A stretch of DNA of 64,000 bases from NCBI GenBank assembly GCA_964434255.1, contig CAYSUL010000001.1:104856-168855 (forward strand), written 5' to 3'. Both the position numbers and the translations under genes were made by a program. Positions 27,665 through 39,331 of this stretch are shown here, in pieces; the stretch's first letter is position 1, and each line of letters opens with the position of its first letter. The DNA comes from an uncultured Candidatus Saccharibacteria bacterium (GTDB lineage Bacteria > Patescibacteriota > Minisyncoccia > Phycocordibacterales > Phycocordibacteraceae). The notes beneath the pieces are model-generated. The model was not told the origin of the DNA. It did not search any database and was given only the letters and a program-made list of their open reading frames with translations.

Positions 27665-29947
27665 ATGCCACGAACGAAATCCACATACCCCGCCTCGATC
27701 ATCAAGCGAGATGGGTCGAGCGCCCCATTCGAGCTTGAAAAGATTGCCCGTGCTATCGCGAAAGCGCTTGCGGCAGCGAGCGAAGGATCGAGCGAGGAAT
27801 CGATAACCGTCGCACGATCGGTCGCGGCTTCACTCCAAGGCGCGCTCGAACAAGGCGCGCGAACGGTGCCTTCGGTGGAGCAGGTGCAGGATATAGTCGA
27901 GGCGGAACTCATGAAGGCCGGGTACGTCGCGACCGCCAAGGCGTACATCCTGTATCGCGAGCATCACGCGAAGCTGCGCAAGGAAGCGTCCGACGTATCG
28001 CCCGCCATCCGCGCCGTCGTTTCCAAGAGTAAGGAATACTTCCCCAACCAGCTCTCCGAATTCGTCTACTACAGCACGTATTCCAGATGGCTCGACGACC
28101 AGGGCCGGCGCGAAGCCTGGGTCGAGACGGTCGACCGCTATATATCATTCATGCGGGAGAACCTGGGCGACAGGCTTACGCAGGACGAGTATCAGGAAGT
28201 ACGCGAGTACATGCTCGCTATGAAGGCGATGGGATCGATGCGGCTCCTGTGGAGCGCCGGCGCGCCGGCCCGGACATCGAATGTCTGCGTCTACAACTGC
28301 TCGTTCATAGCGCCCGCATGCTGGCAGGATTTCGCCGAAATAATGTACATCTCCATGTGCGGAACAGGCGTCGGCTTCTCGGTGGAGCGCCAGACCGTCG
28401 AGGCGCTTCCGGTAATCGAACAGCAGACCGGCGCTACCCTTCCCCAATACGTGATCGAAGATAGCAAGGAGGGCTGGGCGGATGCGCTTGCGTACGGCAT
28501 GGACGCCTGGGCGTCTGGCTCGGACGTTTCCTTCGATTACGGCCATATCCGCCCGCGAGGAGCGCGCCTCAAGACCATGGGTGGACGGGCCTCGGGACCG
28601 GAACCCTTGAAGAATCTCCTTGAGTTCGCGCGCGAGCGCATGCTGGAGCACCAAGGACGCCATCTCTCCACGCTCGATGTGCACGACCTGGTCTGCAAGA
28701 TCGGCGAGATCGTAGTGGCTGGAGGCGTGCGCCGAAGCGCTCTCATCTCCCTCTCCGACCTCGATGATATAGAGATGCGCGAGGCGAAGAACGGCCAGTT
28801 CTACCTGACGAATCCGCAGCGCGCTATGGCGAATAACTCCGCGGTCTATAACGAGAAGCCGACGGCAATCGAATTCATGGAGGAGTGGCTCAACCTGGCG
28901 AAGAGCGGGTCCGGCGAGCGCGGCATCTTCAATCGCGGAAGCCTTGAGAAGCAGCTGCCCGCACGCAGGTGGCCGCTCTTCGCGAAGGACCTCGCCCGAA
29001 GCGGCACGAACCCGTGCGGCGAGATCATCCTCAAGTCCAAACAATTCTGCAACCTGAGCGAAGTCGTGGTGCGCCCTGAGGATACGCTCGAGACCCTGGC
29101 TGCGAAGGTGCGTATCGCGACCATCCTTGGCACCTATCAAGCATCGCTCACTGATTTCCCGTACCTTTCGCCCGAATGGAAGAAGAATTGCGAAGAGGAG
29201 GCATTGCTCGGGGTGTCCATGACCGGGCAATGGGACAATGCGGCCGTACGCGATCCTGGCGTCCAACGCGCTCTCAAGGAAGTGGCCCTCGAGACGAACC
29301 AAATCTATGCGAAGCGCTTCGGCATCAATCCTTCCACGGCGATCACGGCAGTGAAGCCGTCCGGCAACGGCTCGCAGCTCTTCGATTGCGCATCCGGCAT
29401 GCACCCGCGGCATTCTAAATACTACCTGCGGCGCGTGCGCATCGAGGGACACAATCCGCTCAAGCGGCTCCTTGAGGACGCGGGCGTCCCTTGCGTGCCT
29501 GAAGTCGGGCAAACGAAGGATACCGCCACGACGTGGGTGCTCGAGTTCCCGGTGAAAGCGCCGGAAGACGCTGCCGTTAAGGGCGATCACACCGCGCTCG
29601 ATCAGCTTGAGTATTGGAAGATGGTGAAGGAGGAGTATTGCGAGCACAACCCTTCAGTGACCGTCACCATAGCCGCCGATGAATGGTTCGCGGTCGGCGA
29701 GTGGGTCTATGCGCATTGGGACATCGTCGGCGGGCTGTCGTTCCTGCCCAAAAGCGAGCATGTCTACCAACTCGCGCCGTACGAGGAGATAAGCAAGGAG
29801 CGGTACCTTGAGCTCGCCTCCGTCTTCCCCGCTATCGACTTCGCCCAACTGGTCCGCTACGAAACGGAGGACGCCACTACCGGAGCGAAGGAGCTTGCCT
29901 GCGTATCGGGCACCTGCGAGATCGACGTGCCTGCCCCGACTAACTGA
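27665..29947 (+). CDS. nrdJ: Ribonucleotide reductase with N-terminal ATP-cone; class II (adenosylcobalamin-dependent) NrdJ-like
   Basis: ATP-cone (VIKRDGSSAPFELEKI). The active-site loop TNPCGEII is typical of class II (class I has NLCSEI-type). No nrdB gene is nearby. Confidence 0.7.
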   Translation: MPRTKSTYPASIIKRDGSSAPFELEKIARAIAKALAAASEGSSEESITVARSVAASLQGALEQGARTVPSVEQVQDIVEAELMKAGYVATAKAYILYREHHAKLRKEASDVSPAIRAVVSKSKEYFPNQLSEFVYYSTYSRWLDDQGRREAWVETVDRYISFMRENLGDRLTQDEYQEVREYMLAMKAMGSMRLLWSAGAPARTSNVCVYNCSFIAPACWQDFAEIMYISMCGTGVGFSVERQTVEALPVIEQQTGATLPQYVIEDSKEGWADALAYGMDAWASGSDVSFDYGHIRPRGARLKTMGGRASGPEPLKNLLEFARERMLEHQGRHLSTLDVHDLVCKIGEIVVAGGVRRSALISLSDLDDIEMREAKNGQFYLTNPQRAMANNSAVYNEKPTAIEFMEEWLNLAKSGSGERGIFNRGSLEKQLPARRWPLFAKDLARSGTNPCGEIILKSKQFCNLSEVVVRPEDTLETLAAKVRIATILGTYQASLTDFPYLSPEWKKNCEEEALLGVSMTGQWDNAAVRDPGVQRALKEVALETNQIYAKRFGINPSTAITAVKPSGNGSQLFDCASGMHPRHSKYYLRRVRIEGHNPLKRLLEDAGVPCVPEVGQTKDTATTWVLEFPVKAPEDAAVKGDHTALDQLEYWKMVKEEYCEHNPSVTVTIAADEWFAVGEWVYAHWDIVGGLSFLPKSEHVYQLAPYEEISKERYLELASVFPAIDFAQLVRYETEDATTGAKELACVSGTCEIDVPAPTN

Positions 29948-29955
29948 AAACGCCT

Positions 29956-30498
29956 ATGAATATCTCCCTCTCGATGACCGCACGTATCGCTCTATTCTGC
30001 GCGCTCCTGGCGCTCGGCATAGGTTCGCGCTTCATTCCGCATCCGCCGGACATGACGGCATTGACCGCGGTCATATTCGCGGGCGCGCTGTATCTCGGGC
30101 CGCGGATGTCGCTCGTGCTCGCACTGTCCCTTCTCCTGGTGTCCGACGCGCTCATTGGTAGTTACGAACTGCCGGTGATGCTCTCCGTCTACGGCACCTT
30201 CCTCCTGATCGCGGGAGCTGGAATCCTTTTCGCGCGTTCAGGAAGCGTCGGCAACAAGGCTCTCGCGCTTGCGGGTGCCTCGCTACTGTTCTTCCTCGTC
30301 ACGAATGCCGCTGTGTGGTATTTCACGCCCTGGTACCCGAAGGATATCGGAGGGCTCATGGCCTCGTACACGCTTGGCCTTCCCTTCCTTAAGAACATGC
30401 TTATCGGCGACTTCATCTATACGCCGGCGCTGCTCGCTGCGCTCGCGCTCGTACTGAAGCCGTACCCGGCGCCGGCGCACTCTACGTATGCGGCATAG
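29956..30498 (+). CDS. Small polytopic membrane protein (possible ECF-type S-component / vitamin capture protein)
   Basis: 180 aa with 5-6 TM helices. Sits between nrdJ and the DUF4430/transcobalamin-like genes. Confidence 0.35.
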   Translation: MNISLSMTARIALFCALLALGIGSRFIPHPPDMTALTAVIFAGALYLGPRMSLVLALSLLLVSDALIGSYELPVMLSVYGTFLLIAGAGILFARSGSVGNKALALAGASLLFFLVTNAAVWYFTPWYPKDIGGLMASYTLGLPFLKNMLIGDFIYTPALLAALALVLKPYPAPAHSTYAA

Positions 30499-30925
30499 AA
30501 CGCTCATGGTCGGCAGCGTCGCGCTTGCAGCAGGGATAGCCGGCACTCTGCTAGCCCTTGAGGCTAGCGGGCCTTATCCTCCTACGCAGCCGCACGGAGC
30601 GGACGGGCATATGCATGCGGCGCCCCCGCATACGGACTCGCCTGCAGGAAAGATTCGCGATGCGGTCCCTGACCGTTCCTACGTTTTTGTCGCGGAGGCT
30701 ACAGGAACCGTAGAGACCCTCATGCAGGAAAAGCGGGCGGACGGTTCTCTCGCCTTCACAAGCAAGGAGTACCCAACGCTTGGTTCGTTCCTTGAATCAG
30801 TGAACGGAGTACGGAACGAGAACGGCGAATATTGGATGCTGCATATTAATGGAACGCGCTCTTCCGTCGGGATGTCGAGTGCTCCGGTAGTCCCTGGCGA
30901 CCGTATCGAATGGCGCTATGAATAG
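30488..30925 (+). CDS. DUF4430 domain protein (transcobalamin beta-domain-like; B12-uptake associated)
   Basis: N-terminal TM/signal segment. C-terminal pattern YWMLHINGTRSSVGMSSAPVVPGDRIEWRY matches the DUF4430 signature. Confidence 0.55.
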   Translation: MRHRTLMVGSVALAAGIAGTLLALEASGPYPPTQPHGADGHMHAAPPHTDSPAGKIRDAVPDRSYVFVAEATGTVETLMQEKRADGSLAFTSKEYPTLGSFLESVNGVRNENGEYWMLHINGTRSSVGMSSAPVVPGDRIEWRYE

Positions 30926-32870
30926 ATTCCTCTTCATCGCTCTCGCGGCCGTTCTTTCCGTAAGCGCTCCGCTCGGAGTGCGTGCCGACGAGATTGCCAC
31001 GACCTCGCCTGGAACGATCACGGATCCCATTGAAATTCCGGTCGAGCCGATCGTCGAGAGCACCACCTCGGCCGAGCCTATGATGGAGAGCGGTACCTCG
31101 ACCGAACCAATTGATGCGCCTGCGCCAGCGATCTCGATTCGGCTCAGCATCGAGAGCCACAGCGAAACGCTCTTCGATGGACCGCTGACCGTGACCGCGT
31201 GCCCGCGTTCCCCGGGCGACGCGACGGAGTCCATCAGCGGATACTGCGCCCTCGAGCAATCGGGCGTTGCCACGCGATGGTCCTGGTACGGGAATGACGC
31301 GTTCATCGACTCGATCGGAGGGGTGGCGAACGACCATGCCGCAAGCGCGTACTGGAACTGGTTCTCGGATCTTTCCTTCGGAGCGACTGCGCTTAACGCG
31401 CACGAGCTTCACGAGGGTGAATCACTACTCCTTACGATTGAACGATTCCCGCTGCGCGTGTCCCTCTCGCCGGACACGCTCGTCGCGAATAGCACGACAA
31501 CTGTGTCCGTGCTGCAGTTCGGATTCGATACGAGCTTCAACCCTGTATGGGAGCCTGCACCAGGAAGCATCGTCCTCATAAACGAAGAGTCGCATCAGGC
31601 CGATGTCGCAGGAACATTCGCCTACGTCCCTCCTGTAGCTGGAGAACTCACGATCGCCGCGACCAAGGAAGGGTACCTGTCAGCAGGCCCCGTCACGACG
31701 CACGTCGAGAATGCAGCCCTTCCCGCGCCAGACACGGACAATGGTAGCGGAAGCACCGCACCTCCTCAGCCTGAGGAGGATCCGGTCGCTAGCGCCCTTG
31801 AGTTCCTCCTTCATTATCAGCGGACGGACGGCTCCTTCCCGAATCCCCTGCTCACGGATTGGGCTGCGATAGCGCTCAAGAGCACGGGCGCCCCCACGAA
31901 GTCGCTGAAGAAGTACCTGACTGCGGCGTCCGACCCCTTGGAGACCGCGACAGATTTCGAACGAAGGGCGATGGCGCTTATGTCGCTTGGTATCGATCCG
32001 CAGGAGATGATCGAGGAAATAACCGATCGCTTCGATGGCACGCAGATCGGCGACCCCTCGCTCGTGAATGACGATATCTTCGGGCTCATAGCGCTCTCTC
32101 ACGCCGGGTACACCGACGCTGATGAGATCACGAAGGAAGTCACGTCCTTCGTCCTTGGCAGGCAGAAATCGAACGGCTCATGGGAAAGCGCTGACCTTAC
32201 CGCAGCAGCGATACAGGCGCTCGCTCCCCTCGATGCTCTCCCGGGCGTATCTAGCGCGGTATCGAAAGCGCGGGACTATCTCGCCTCAAACCAGCGACAG
32301 GACGGCTGCTTCGGCAACAGCTTCACGACCAGCTGGGGTATCATGGCTATCGTTGCGCTCGGCGACTCTCCTGACGGATGGCGTTCGGCTAGCGGGATAT
32401 CGCCGCTTGCGTGCCTGCGATCGCTCCAGGCTGCTGATGGTGGATTCGAGGAGGGAGCGGACGGAAATACACGAGCATGGGCGACCGCATACGCGATACC
32501 CGCCCTTGAAGAAGATACCTGGAACAAGCTGCTCGGCCAGTATCAAAGATCCATACCCCCAAAGGTCGAAGACGATGAGGCTCACCTCGTCGCGGCACTC
32601 CCCTTGGAATCAGAGCGCGCGACGACCACGGTCGAGGTATTTCCAGAAGCTCCTCTCCCCATGCTACCGATAGCCGTAACGGAACCGGCTATCTCTCGGA
32701 CGAGCGAGCAGGTTGTGCCTGGACCTCCTGCGCGGACATTAGCCGCAGCGGCCGTACTCGCGCTTCCAGAAGCGGTACCTGAACGGAGCGCGAGCATATG
32801 GTCGTTCTTCGCTGACATCGCTGCATTCTTCCTGAGCGGGATATACAATCTTCTATCGAAGACAGACTAG
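30918..32870 (+). CDS. Large secreted/anchored protein: DUF4430-like domain + prenyltransferase/terpene-cyclase-like alpha6/alpha6 repeats (transcobalamin-like architecture)
   Basis: Signal peptide and a DUF4430-like segment (YWNWFSDLSFGATALNAHELHEGESLLL). Four Q-x-x-DG-(F/W) repeats follow (QRTDGSF, QKSNGSW, QRQDGCF, AADGGF). A hydrophobic segment lies near the C-terminus (IWSFFADIAAFFLSGIYNLL, 20 aa before the end). Confidence 0.5.
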   Translation: MNRFLFIALAAVLSVSAPLGVRADEIATTSPGTITDPIEIPVEPIVESTTSAEPMMESGTSTEPIDAPAPAISIRLSIESHSETLFDGPLTVTACPRSPGDATESISGYCALEQSGVATRWSWYGNDAFIDSIGGVANDHAASAYWNWFSDLSFGATALNAHELHEGESLLLTIERFPLRVSLSPDTLVANSTTTVSVLQFGFDTSFNPVWEPAPGSIVLINEESHQADVAGTFAYVPPVAGELTIAATKEGYLSAGPVTTHVENAALPAPDTDNGSGSTAPPQPEEDPVASALEFLLHYQRTDGSFPNPLLTDWAAIALKSTGAPTKSLKKYLTAASDPLETATDFERRAMALMSLGIDPQEMIEEITDRFDGTQIGDPSLVNDDIFGLIALSHAGYTDADEITKEVTSFVLGRQKSNGSWESADLTAAAIQALAPLDALPGVSSAVSKARDYLASNQRQDGCFGNSFTTSWGIMAIVALGDSPDGWRSASGISPLACLRSLQAADGGFEEGADGNTRAWATAYAIPALEEDTWNKLLGQYQRSIPPKVEDDEAHLVAALPLESERATTTVEVFPEAPLPMLPIAVTEPAISRTSEQVVPGPPARTLAAAAVLALPEAVPERSASIWSFFADIAAFFLSGIYNLLSKTD

Positions 32871-32995
32871 CCGACCGGGCGTGATGCAGATGCGCCGCCG
32901 CTAGACTGTTGGATCTCTGGGTGGAAAAGCGAAAGCCCGACTTTCGTCGGGCTTTCGCTTGCTTATTGCACTGGTAGGACAGGATTGGCACCAGA

Positions 32996-33952
32996 TCAAC
33001 CTTTGGGTACAGGCATGCTTCTAACTGAACGTCGAGGATCCTTCTTCGAGAACACGCTATTGATGGGCGTTTTCAGGAACGGAACACCCGTCTCCCTATC
33101 GAGAGTAATCTCCCCCGCACGCATATTCACCTGAAGCGAGGGAATTATGAGGCGCGGTACGCCAAGCGTCGTATCCCGCTGTATGCGAAGCGTAGTAAAT
33201 TCCTCAATGCTCGTGCGTGCGTTCAAATGCACATTGGTGCGCTTCTGTTCTCCGACCGTCGTCTCGTACCGGTATTCGGAACGACCTTCAGGAAGGTAAT
33301 CATGGCACATGAACATTCGCATTTCTTCAGGGAGCATGAAGAGCTTCTGGGCTGATGCATGCATATCCTTTGCACTCCCACCCGGAAAATCAACACGTGC
33401 AGTTCCATAGTCCGGCATGAAGAGGGTGTCCCCCGGAAATACCGCATCCCCTATCACATAGGTGACGTCTGCGGGTGTGTGGCCCGGGGTATAGAGTACC
33501 CGTACCGGGATATTCCCTATCGAAAACGTATCGTCTTCCTTGAACAATCGATCGAACTGGCTTCCGTCGCGTTGGAATTCCGTGCCTTCATTGAACACCT
33601 TGCCGAACACCTCCTGAACTTCGAGAATTCGTTCACCGATAGCCATCTTCCCGCCCAGCCGCTCCTTTAGGTACGGTGCCGCCGAGAGGTGATCCGCGTG
33701 TACATGTGTCTCAAGAATCCAGTCGACCGCATATCCGTGTTCTTCAACATAGCGGATGATACTGTCTGCACTCTCATACGAAATGGTTGCGCTATGCGGC
33801 TCGTAATCAAGCACACTATCGATAATGGCGCATCGCTTGGTCTCTCTGTCCGCGACCACGTAGCTCACGGTATTGGTCGCGTGGTCGAAGAATCCCTTGA
33901 CGGAGGGAGGATGGTTGAGGAACGATTCATAGCGATGCATAGGCAGATTCAA
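32996..33952 (-). CDS. MBL-fold metallo-hydrolase (persulfide dioxygenase-like)
   Basis: HxHxDH motif (ETHVHADHL) with downstream His/Asp ligands. Confidence 0.65.
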   Translation of the reverse strand: MNLPMHRYESFLNHPPSVKGFFDHATNTVSYVVADRETKRCAIIDSVLDYEPHSATISYESADSIIRYVEEHGYAVDWILETHVHADHLSAAPYLKERLGGKMAIGERILEVQEVFGKVFNEGTEFQRDGSQFDRLFKEDDTFSIGNIPVRVLYTPGHTPADVTYVIGDAVFPGDTLFMPDYGTARVDFPGGSAKDMHASAQKLFMLPEEMRMFMCHDYLPEGRSEYRYETTVGEQKRTNVHLNARTSIEEFTTLRIQRDTTLGVPRLIIPSLQVNMRAGEITLDRETGVPFLKTPINSVFSKKDPRRSVRSMPVPKG

Positions 33953-34477
33953 TTAGTCCTTATTCCAGGGCATACGCATAAGCAGCATGCTCATCCCGCA
34001 CCAGCCAGTGAGCCCGGCAAAAAGGAGCCCTGCCCCCACTACGGCAGAGAGAGCAAGCCACAGCGGCGAAGCGAGCAGGGCGAACACGTGCGCGAGGATA
34101 ACAAGCGCGCCAGCGACCAAGAGTGTCTGCCGCATGAGCGAAAGTCGTGAAGAAATCCGTTCCGTTCCGTACCCCGCCTGTTCCCAGGCGAGCAGGCCGC
34201 CCTCCACATTCACCAGCTCGGCCTGTATCCCGAGCGCAGAGAGCTTCTCTATCGCAGTACTGCCCCTACGCCCCGAACGGCAGTGCACGTAGATGGTCTT
34301 CTTATCCTTGAACTCGGCTATATGACGCTCCAACTCATCAAGCGGTACTGAACGTACCCCGCTTATATGCTTCTCCTTATACTCCTCAGGCGTACAGACA
34401 TTGATAAAATCGACCGACGGATTGTTCTTCTCTACATCTACGACCTCTTTGAATGACGATACGGAAATATGCTTCAT
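33953..34477 (-). CDS. Rhodanese-domain sulfurtransferase with C-terminal membrane anchor (YgaP-like)
   Basis: Active-site loop YVHCRSGRRG and two C-terminal TM helices. Confidence 0.7.
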   Translation of the reverse strand: MKHISVSSFKEVVDVEKNNPSVDFINVCTPEEYKEKHISGVRSVPLDELERHIAEFKDKKTIYVHCRSGRRGSTAIEKLSALGIQAELVNVEGGLLAWEQAGYGTERISSRLSLMRQTLLVAGALVILAHVFALLASPLWLALSAVVGAGLLFAGLTGWCGMSMLLMRMPWNKD

Positions 34478-34481
34478 ACGA

Positions 34482-34742
34482 TTAGGTAGTTAGAGTAATG
34501 ACGGCTCGTGCAAGGTTCGTATAGTCGCGAGAGGCGGTCTTGTAATAGACGTGGCGGCCGCTCGTGCGCGTGCGCACAACTCCTGTCTTACGCAGCACCG
34601 CGAGGTGCTGCGAGAGAGCGCTCTGGCTCAGATCGCATTTCTCGAGGAGGCCGGTCACCGTGCTCTCGCGTGCAAGGCACGCTACGAGCCGTACCCGCTC
34701 CGGGTTCCCGAACGCGCTACATAGTTCCCTTAACTTCATCAA
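34482..34742 (-). CDS. ArsR-family transcriptional regulator (sulfur/persulfide-responsive candidate)
   Basis: wHTH (SQSALSQHLAVLRKTGVV) and a Cys pair. Heads the rhodanese-MBL operon. Confidence 0.65.
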   Translation of the reverse strand: MMKLRELCSAFGNPERVRLVACLARESTVTGLLEKCDLSQSALSQHLAVLRKTGVVRTRTSGRHVYYKTASRDYTNLARAVITLTT

Positions 34743-34801
34743 TACATATTAGCGAATACTAATGTATTTGCAAGCACGTCACCGCTCTCGACTGGAAATG
34801 C

Positions 34802-34827
34802 AAAAGTCCGGCACGGGCCGGACTTTT
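34802..34827 (-). terminator. Rho-independent terminator (AAAAGTCCGGC-ACGG-GCCGGACTTTT), bidirectional
   Basis: Perfect hairpin flanked by A-run and T-run, just 3' of the tRNA-fMet. Confidence 0.55.
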
Positions 34828-34835
34828 GCTTCTTG

Positions 34836-34906
34836 TTGCGGGGGCCGGAATCGAACCGGCGTCTGGAGGTTATGAGCCTCCCGAGGTACCTCTCCTCTAC
34901 CCCGCT
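34836..34906 (-). tRNA. Initiator tRNA-fMet (anticodon CAU)
   Basis: 1:72 mismatch (A1 with A72), A11:U24 in the D-stem and anticodon loop CUCAUAA. The T-arm and acceptor 3' strand are nearly identical to E. coli tRNA-fMet (GGTTCGATTCCGGCCCCCGCAA). Only two G-C pairs at the base of the anticodon stem. Confidence 0.7.
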
Positions 34907-34952
34907 ATATCTATGTTATACGCCACAAAAACCCTCTTCGCAACCCATACAT

Positions 34953-35549
34953 CTATATCTCGCCGTGCTCCCGCATCACCGCCTCATATTTGTGTATCGT
35001 CCTATACGCCAGGTGGTCGTTCAGCTGGTACGCCGATCCTTCATGCGCGATGGAGTTACGCACCATATGCGCGTCCCATGCGTCCCGGATGGTCTTGAAG
35101 TGCGCCGGGTCCACCGCCTTGAGCTTCTCCCCTACCGAAGTTCCTAGGTACCCGAGCTGCGTAAGCAGGTCATCGAGCATGATATCGGCTTCGAGTATGG
35201 CTTGTCGCCAATCGTTCTCGTGCGGGCTCTCGATAAGCTCCATGACATGCGCCCAGCGGTTATGGTCGCGCTTGGTCTCGACGACCGCAGGATGCTGCGT
35301 CGCGTACTTCGGTGCCTCCTGCCGCTTAGTCTCAAGCATGCGGATAGTGGAGTGAATGAGCACCGCAAGCGCGGCAAGCGATATAAAGAAGCAGAGGATG
35401 GTCACGACCACCCAAAGAGCGCCTGTGAACGCGACGAAGTCGCCCCATGCGTCACCAGTCCCGCCGACCCTACCCCCCGTGAAGAGCTCGTAGAGAAGAC
35501 GGAAGAAGTAGGAAACGTTGAGGAAATGGATATCGGAATCGCTTCCCAT
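34953..35549 (-). CDS. Hypothetical membrane protein
   Basis: One or two TM helices then a soluble domain. No family recognised. Confidence 0.35.
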   Translation of the reverse strand: MGSDSDIHFLNVSYFFRLLYELFTGGRVGGTGDAWGDFVAFTGALWVVVTILCFFISLAALAVLIHSTIRMLETKRQEAPKYATQHPAVVETKRDHNRWAHVMELIESPHENDWRQAILEADIMLDDLLTQLGYLGTSVGEKLKAVDPAHFKTIRDAWDAHMVRNSIAHEGSAYQLNDHLAYRTIHKYEAVMREHGEI

Positions 35550-35555
35550 TAGTCT

Positions 35556-36992
35556 CTAGTATAGCGTCTCGCCGGTGACTGCAGCACCTATCTTGAACAG
35601 AAGATCATCAGCTCCGTGAGGCGCGGTGAAATGGATGCCAGTCGGAAGCGTGCTTCCCTCGCGCACTACCGTTCCCATCGGTACCGAAATGGCCGGCATG
35701 CCAGTCAGGTTCGCAGTCACCGTAAAGATATCCTCGATGTACATGGAGACCGGATCGCTCTTCTCGCCGAACTTGAACGCGGGCGACGGCGTGGTCGGGA
35801 ACGCGATTACATCCACATCCGCGAAGGCCGCATTGTATTCGTTCGTGAGTACGAGACGTGCGGCATCCGCCTTGCGGTAATACGCATCGATATAGCCTGA
35901 GGAGAGCACGAACGTGCCGAGCAGTATGCGGCGCTTGGTCTCCGCACCGAATCCTTCGGTGCGCGCCTGTATGTAATCCTGGAGCAGGTCCTTACCGCGC
36001 GCAGCATGCCCGTACCGTATACCATCGAAGCGTGCGAGGTTGGTGGAGGCTTCGGCCGGCATGATGACGTAGTACACGGGGAGTGCGGACGCGCTGGTCG
36101 GAAGCGAGACTTCGGTCACTTCGTGGCCTGCGGCCGTAAGAGCATCGAGCGTCGCATCGAAATGGGCACGCACATCCGCATCTACCCCTTCGGAAAGAAG
36201 GTGCATCGGTACCCCGATACGGAGTTTCTCTCTCACCTCTTTCTTTGGATAGGTATCGTCCCCGATGCTCGTCGAATCAAGGGGATCTTTCCCGCGAATG
36301 GTTTCGTACAACGCCTTCGCATCAGCTACCGTGCGTGCGAGCGGTCCTGCCTGGTCGAGCGAACTTCCGAGCGCGATGAGACCGCTTCGCGAGACCGCAC
36401 CATACGTCGGCTTCATACCGACGAGTCCGCAGTGGGCCGCGGGCTGACGAATGGAGCCGCCCGTATCGGTACCAAGCGCAGCGAGCGCCATGTTGGCCGC
36501 AGCGGCAGCGGACGAGCCGCCGGACGAGCCGCCTGGAACTCGTGCAGTATCGAGCGGGTTCAGGACCTTCCCGAATGCAGAGTGCTCGGTGGAGCTTCCC
36601 ATCGCGAACTCGTCCATGTTCGTGCGCCCTACGAAAAGCGCGCCTGCTTCTTTGAGCTTATGGGTCACGGTCGCGTCATACGTGGCCGTATAGTTCGCAA
36701 GCATCTTCGAGGCCGCGCTCGCGATATGGCCTTCGATGAGGATGTTGTCCTTCATCGCAAGCGGGATGCCGCACAAGAGCGGGGCGGCGTCCCCTTCCTC
36801 ATCGATACGCTTCTGCGCGTACGCTATCGCTTGCTCGTCCGCTTCGAAGATCTCGAGGTATGCATTCAATTCCGGATTGCGCTTAACCGCTTCAGCTGCC
36901 ACCGCGTCCCACAGCTCGTGTACCGTTATCTCCTTGGCGCGGAGCTTCTTCCCCGCCTCGATTATGGAAAGCTCGTTCAGTAGCTTACTCAT
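35556..36992 (-). CDS. gatA: Glutamyl-tRNA(Gln)/Asp-tRNA(Asn) amidotransferase subunit A
   Basis: Amidase signature (GGSSGGSSAAAAA...) with the Ser-cisSer-Lys triad context. 478 aa. Confidence 0.9.
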   Translation of the reverse strand: MSKLLNELSIIEAGKKLRAKEITVHELWDAVAAEAVKRNPELNAYLEIFEADEQAIAYAQKRIDEEGDAAPLLCGIPLAMKDNILIEGHIASAASKMLANYTATYDATVTHKLKEAGALFVGRTNMDEFAMGSSTEHSAFGKVLNPLDTARVPGGSSGGSSAAAAANMALAALGTDTGGSIRQPAAHCGLVGMKPTYGAVSRSGLIALGSSLDQAGPLARTVADAKALYETIRGKDPLDSTSIGDDTYPKKEVREKLRIGVPMHLLSEGVDADVRAHFDATLDALTAAGHEVTEVSLPTSASALPVYYVIMPAEASTNLARFDGIRYGHAARGKDLLQDYIQARTEGFGAETKRRILLGTFVLSSGYIDAYYRKADAARLVLTNEYNAAFADVDVIAFPTTPSPAFKFGEKSDPVSMYIEDIFTVTANLTGMPAISVPMGTVVREGSTLPTGIHFTAPHGADDLLFKIGAAVTGETLY

Positions 36993-37284
36993 GGGTAAGT
37001 ATCTTCTTCACGAGAAGATGGTTGCCATCCTTGTCCGGGAACTGCTCGACAAGTGCCTGGGTGTATTTCCCCCCCTCATGCGGCTCGCCGTCCTCGCGGA
37101 ACACATTGCGGACAACACCAGCAGTCGGCGTCTCGTGCGCAAGCGTGAGCTCATCGAGCTTTCCCACGTACGCGAGGACCGCGTCGAATTCCTTAGTAAA
37201 CGAGGCGAGCTCGGCCTCGGGCACTTCTATACGCGCGAGCGCCGCGAGCTTCTGTACGTCTTCGGGAGTAGCCATTGCCGCCAC
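36985..37284 (-). CDS. gatC: Glutamyl-tRNA(Gln) amidotransferase subunit C
   Basis: 99-aa GatC pattern (LARIEV...). Overlaps the gatA start. Confidence 0.8.
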   Translation of the reverse strand: MAAMATPEDVQKLAALARIEVPEAELASFTKEFDAVLAYVGKLDELTLAHETPTAGVVRNVFREDGEPHEGGKYTQALVEQFPDKDGNHLLVKKILTHE

Positions 37285-37288
37285 TTTA

Positions 37289-39331
<2,043 letters not shown>

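Noticed and set aside
28145-29647. 500-aa minus-strand ORF
   Set aside because: Fully antisense to nrdJ with no domain signatures. High-GC antisense artefact.
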